Assembly (NCBI GenBank): GCA_964036045.1
Contig: OZ038378.1
Coordinates: 195,796,001 to 195,860,000 of the forward strand
Length of the DNA: 64,000 nucleotides
Direction of reading: 5' to 3'
DNA from: Eutreptiella sp. 'Long Island Sound 2002'
Taxonomy: Eukaryota > Protista > Euglenida
Shown: positions 62,158 to 64,000 of the stretch, one piece after another
How the letters are laid out: each line of letters starts with the position of its first letter
Numbering within the stretch: position 1 is the first letter of the stretch
Made by a program: the position numbers and the translations under genes
Notes under the pieces: model-generated
The model's input: the letters and a program-made list of their open reading frames with translations, nothing else
Told to the model about the DNA's origin: nothing
The model's database searches: none

Positions 62158-62299
62158 CAACGCTCTGGTGAGGTCTGCCGGCTGTCGATAGGTTGCTCGG
62201 CTTCGGAAGCGGACAGTCATGTTGTTCAGCCTGTTGGTCGGGTAGGTGAGGATGCCCAGGCCTGAGACTCTGCTCCTGCTGCTGCTCCTGCATGAGGCC
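62158..62299 (-). CDS. Probable 142-nt exon of an unknown minus-strand gene
   Basis: Acceptor gacAG at 62301-62300 and a canonical GTGAGT donor at 62157 on the minus strand. Reading frame ambiguous. Confidence 0.35.
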
Positions 62300-64000
62300 C
62301 TGTCCCAACCCAACCCAACCCAAACACCACTTTCCCCATGGGGGTTGGGATGTTTTTAGGTCTTGTGTATTCCAAAAATCTGAGGCATCCCCTGCCCCCC
62401 GGTGGTCAAGCAAAACCGGCAAATGGAGGGAGGGGGGTATGTTCCATAAACCACTGGTGATGGGTCATCGATCAATATATTTGCTTTTCGTTGGCCATTG
62501 GTCGCTGTACATGTCGATCAAAGTGCTGGTCGGTCACAGATCCAACCACCAGTCCACTGTTGATGTGGCCATTCATCGATCAAATCACAGGTCAGTCACT
62601 AGTCACTGGCCACTGTACCCACTCGGACTTAGTCGCTGGTGACGCTAGCCGCGGATGATTGATCGCATGTCTCTTAATGCCTCTAATCTAGCCATTAGTC
62701 ATTGCACTTGCTGATCTTGTTATGGTCGTGCATTGTGGGAAACACCACACACAAAATTAGAAATGCGGTGGAGATGTGTAACACTTGTTAATCCAGACCC
62801 CTTTGGCCCTGTGGTACACGTCCCCCATTTTCTGGGGCCGTGGCCGCCCTCCAAACTTCACACACATCAGTGTTGGCGGGAGGGGGGTGGGCGCCATCAG
62901 GGTAGTGATGCCGCAAGGATTAATAGTGGGATAGTGGGGTTCTAACCAAGAAAACTACGCATTTTCGCCTGCACTGCTGACAAACAACCTCAAAAAATCC
63001 CATCAACCACAAAAGTAGGTCACACAAAAAATGACAATGGAGAGCGGTTGTACTGCACAGTACCACATATCTAGGGTGACAAGATGTAAATGGTGATCAG
63101 TACCCGGTGGTGGAGAAGTGAGATTCGATTGGTTGCTAGCGAGATCCGTGACTAGTGATTTGATTGGTATGCACAAGTGGGACACTGTAGTGTGCCCATG
63201 CGATCAAGGGGATAGTAGATCCCATATTCCACACCCTCCCTCCTAGACTTGGGGCCCGGGGCTCCCATGTCCAGACCATTGCCGGGCCCCTTGCATCTAA
63301 CCCATGGCATACAAGGCACACTCCACTTGCACCACAACGGGCAAAAAACGTGGAAATTTGGCACCATTGATGCGGTACAATTGGTGATCCGGAACTCCAC
63401 ACACTGTGTCACGGTTACCACATGATTTGCAAAGGAGTTGCGAGACAAATGTTCTGCCCCCCTCCAACATCCCACCCAACACTTACTTGGACCAAGAAGG
63501 AGGGATGTGGCACCCAAAACACCATTGATTTGATCGGCAAGTGCGATGACCAGTGACGAGTTGGTAACACCCCCCCCCCCCTTGTATAAGCTACAGCTTT
63601 GTCCAAGCTATAGCGGGTGTAGGGACCGTATTACTTTGGGTCCAAATTTGATTGGGTACCAAATGTAGTGCGGCCACATAAGACATCGGTTTTGGTGACA
63701 ATTTTGCCAATTACATGGAGTCATGGACACATTTGTTGTGAGTGTTTGCCCACTTGAACTCACATAGCTCTGATTTTGGGTGTATTTGTGCATTATATTC
63801 CCCTTTCTTGCACTAGCTCACCATGCAATCATCTCTTTTTGAACCTGGGCATCTACAGCCTTGTCCAAGCTACAGTAGGCATAGGGACCATATTAATTTG
63901 GGATTTTTTTGCGTAGTTTCTACCAGGGAGGGGGGTACGTTGACCGATGACCTGTGCTTTGATTGGTGACCACAAGATCCGTTGCTTGTGGTGTCATCCA

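Noticed and set aside
1-64000. Prokaryotic systems (operons, CRISPR-Cas, defence islands), rRNA genes, SL-RNA genes, nonconventional introns inside coding exons
   Set aside because: None seen. All reconstructed coding junctions are GT-AG except one GC-AG.

Overview
This is repeat-rich eukaryotic nuclear DNA, not prokaryotic. It has short exons, kb-scale GT-AG introns and dense MITE, LINE and SINE debris. The host is most plausibly a euglenid: the repeat reading TQHAKGRTGD.PGPRK.TTTRRNVTQG at 2836-2996 and 44496-44658 is one I recall from Eutreptiella-type sequences (recollection, not a search result). I reconstructed four spliced + strand genes exon by exon: FCF1/UTP24 (5' part upstream of the window), a cyclin H-like gene with a GC-AG intron, an F-box-like/LRR protein gene (5' end unresolved) and an AANAT/PAA1-like GNAT acetyltransferase (last exon not found). 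A possible minus-strand gene sits at the right end. Two features stand out. (1) An intact, intronless omega-like glutathione S-transferase at 46846-47634 begins 21 nt after a near-perfect (A4C4)3 repeat, the spirotrich ciliate telomere sequence, and sits inside a decayed L1/Tx1-like LINE ORF2; this looks like a captured ciliate nanochromosome. (2) A 671-bp hAT-type element at 49458-50128 has perfect 24-bp CAG...CTG TIRs, a perfect 8-bp TSD and a complete SAM-domain ORF. Its end geometry (3+5=8 nt) matches the junction consensus I recall for euglenid nonconventional introns, and many CAGGG...CCCTG MITEs in the window share it. Most of the supplied six-frame ORFs are shadows of GC-rich repeats.
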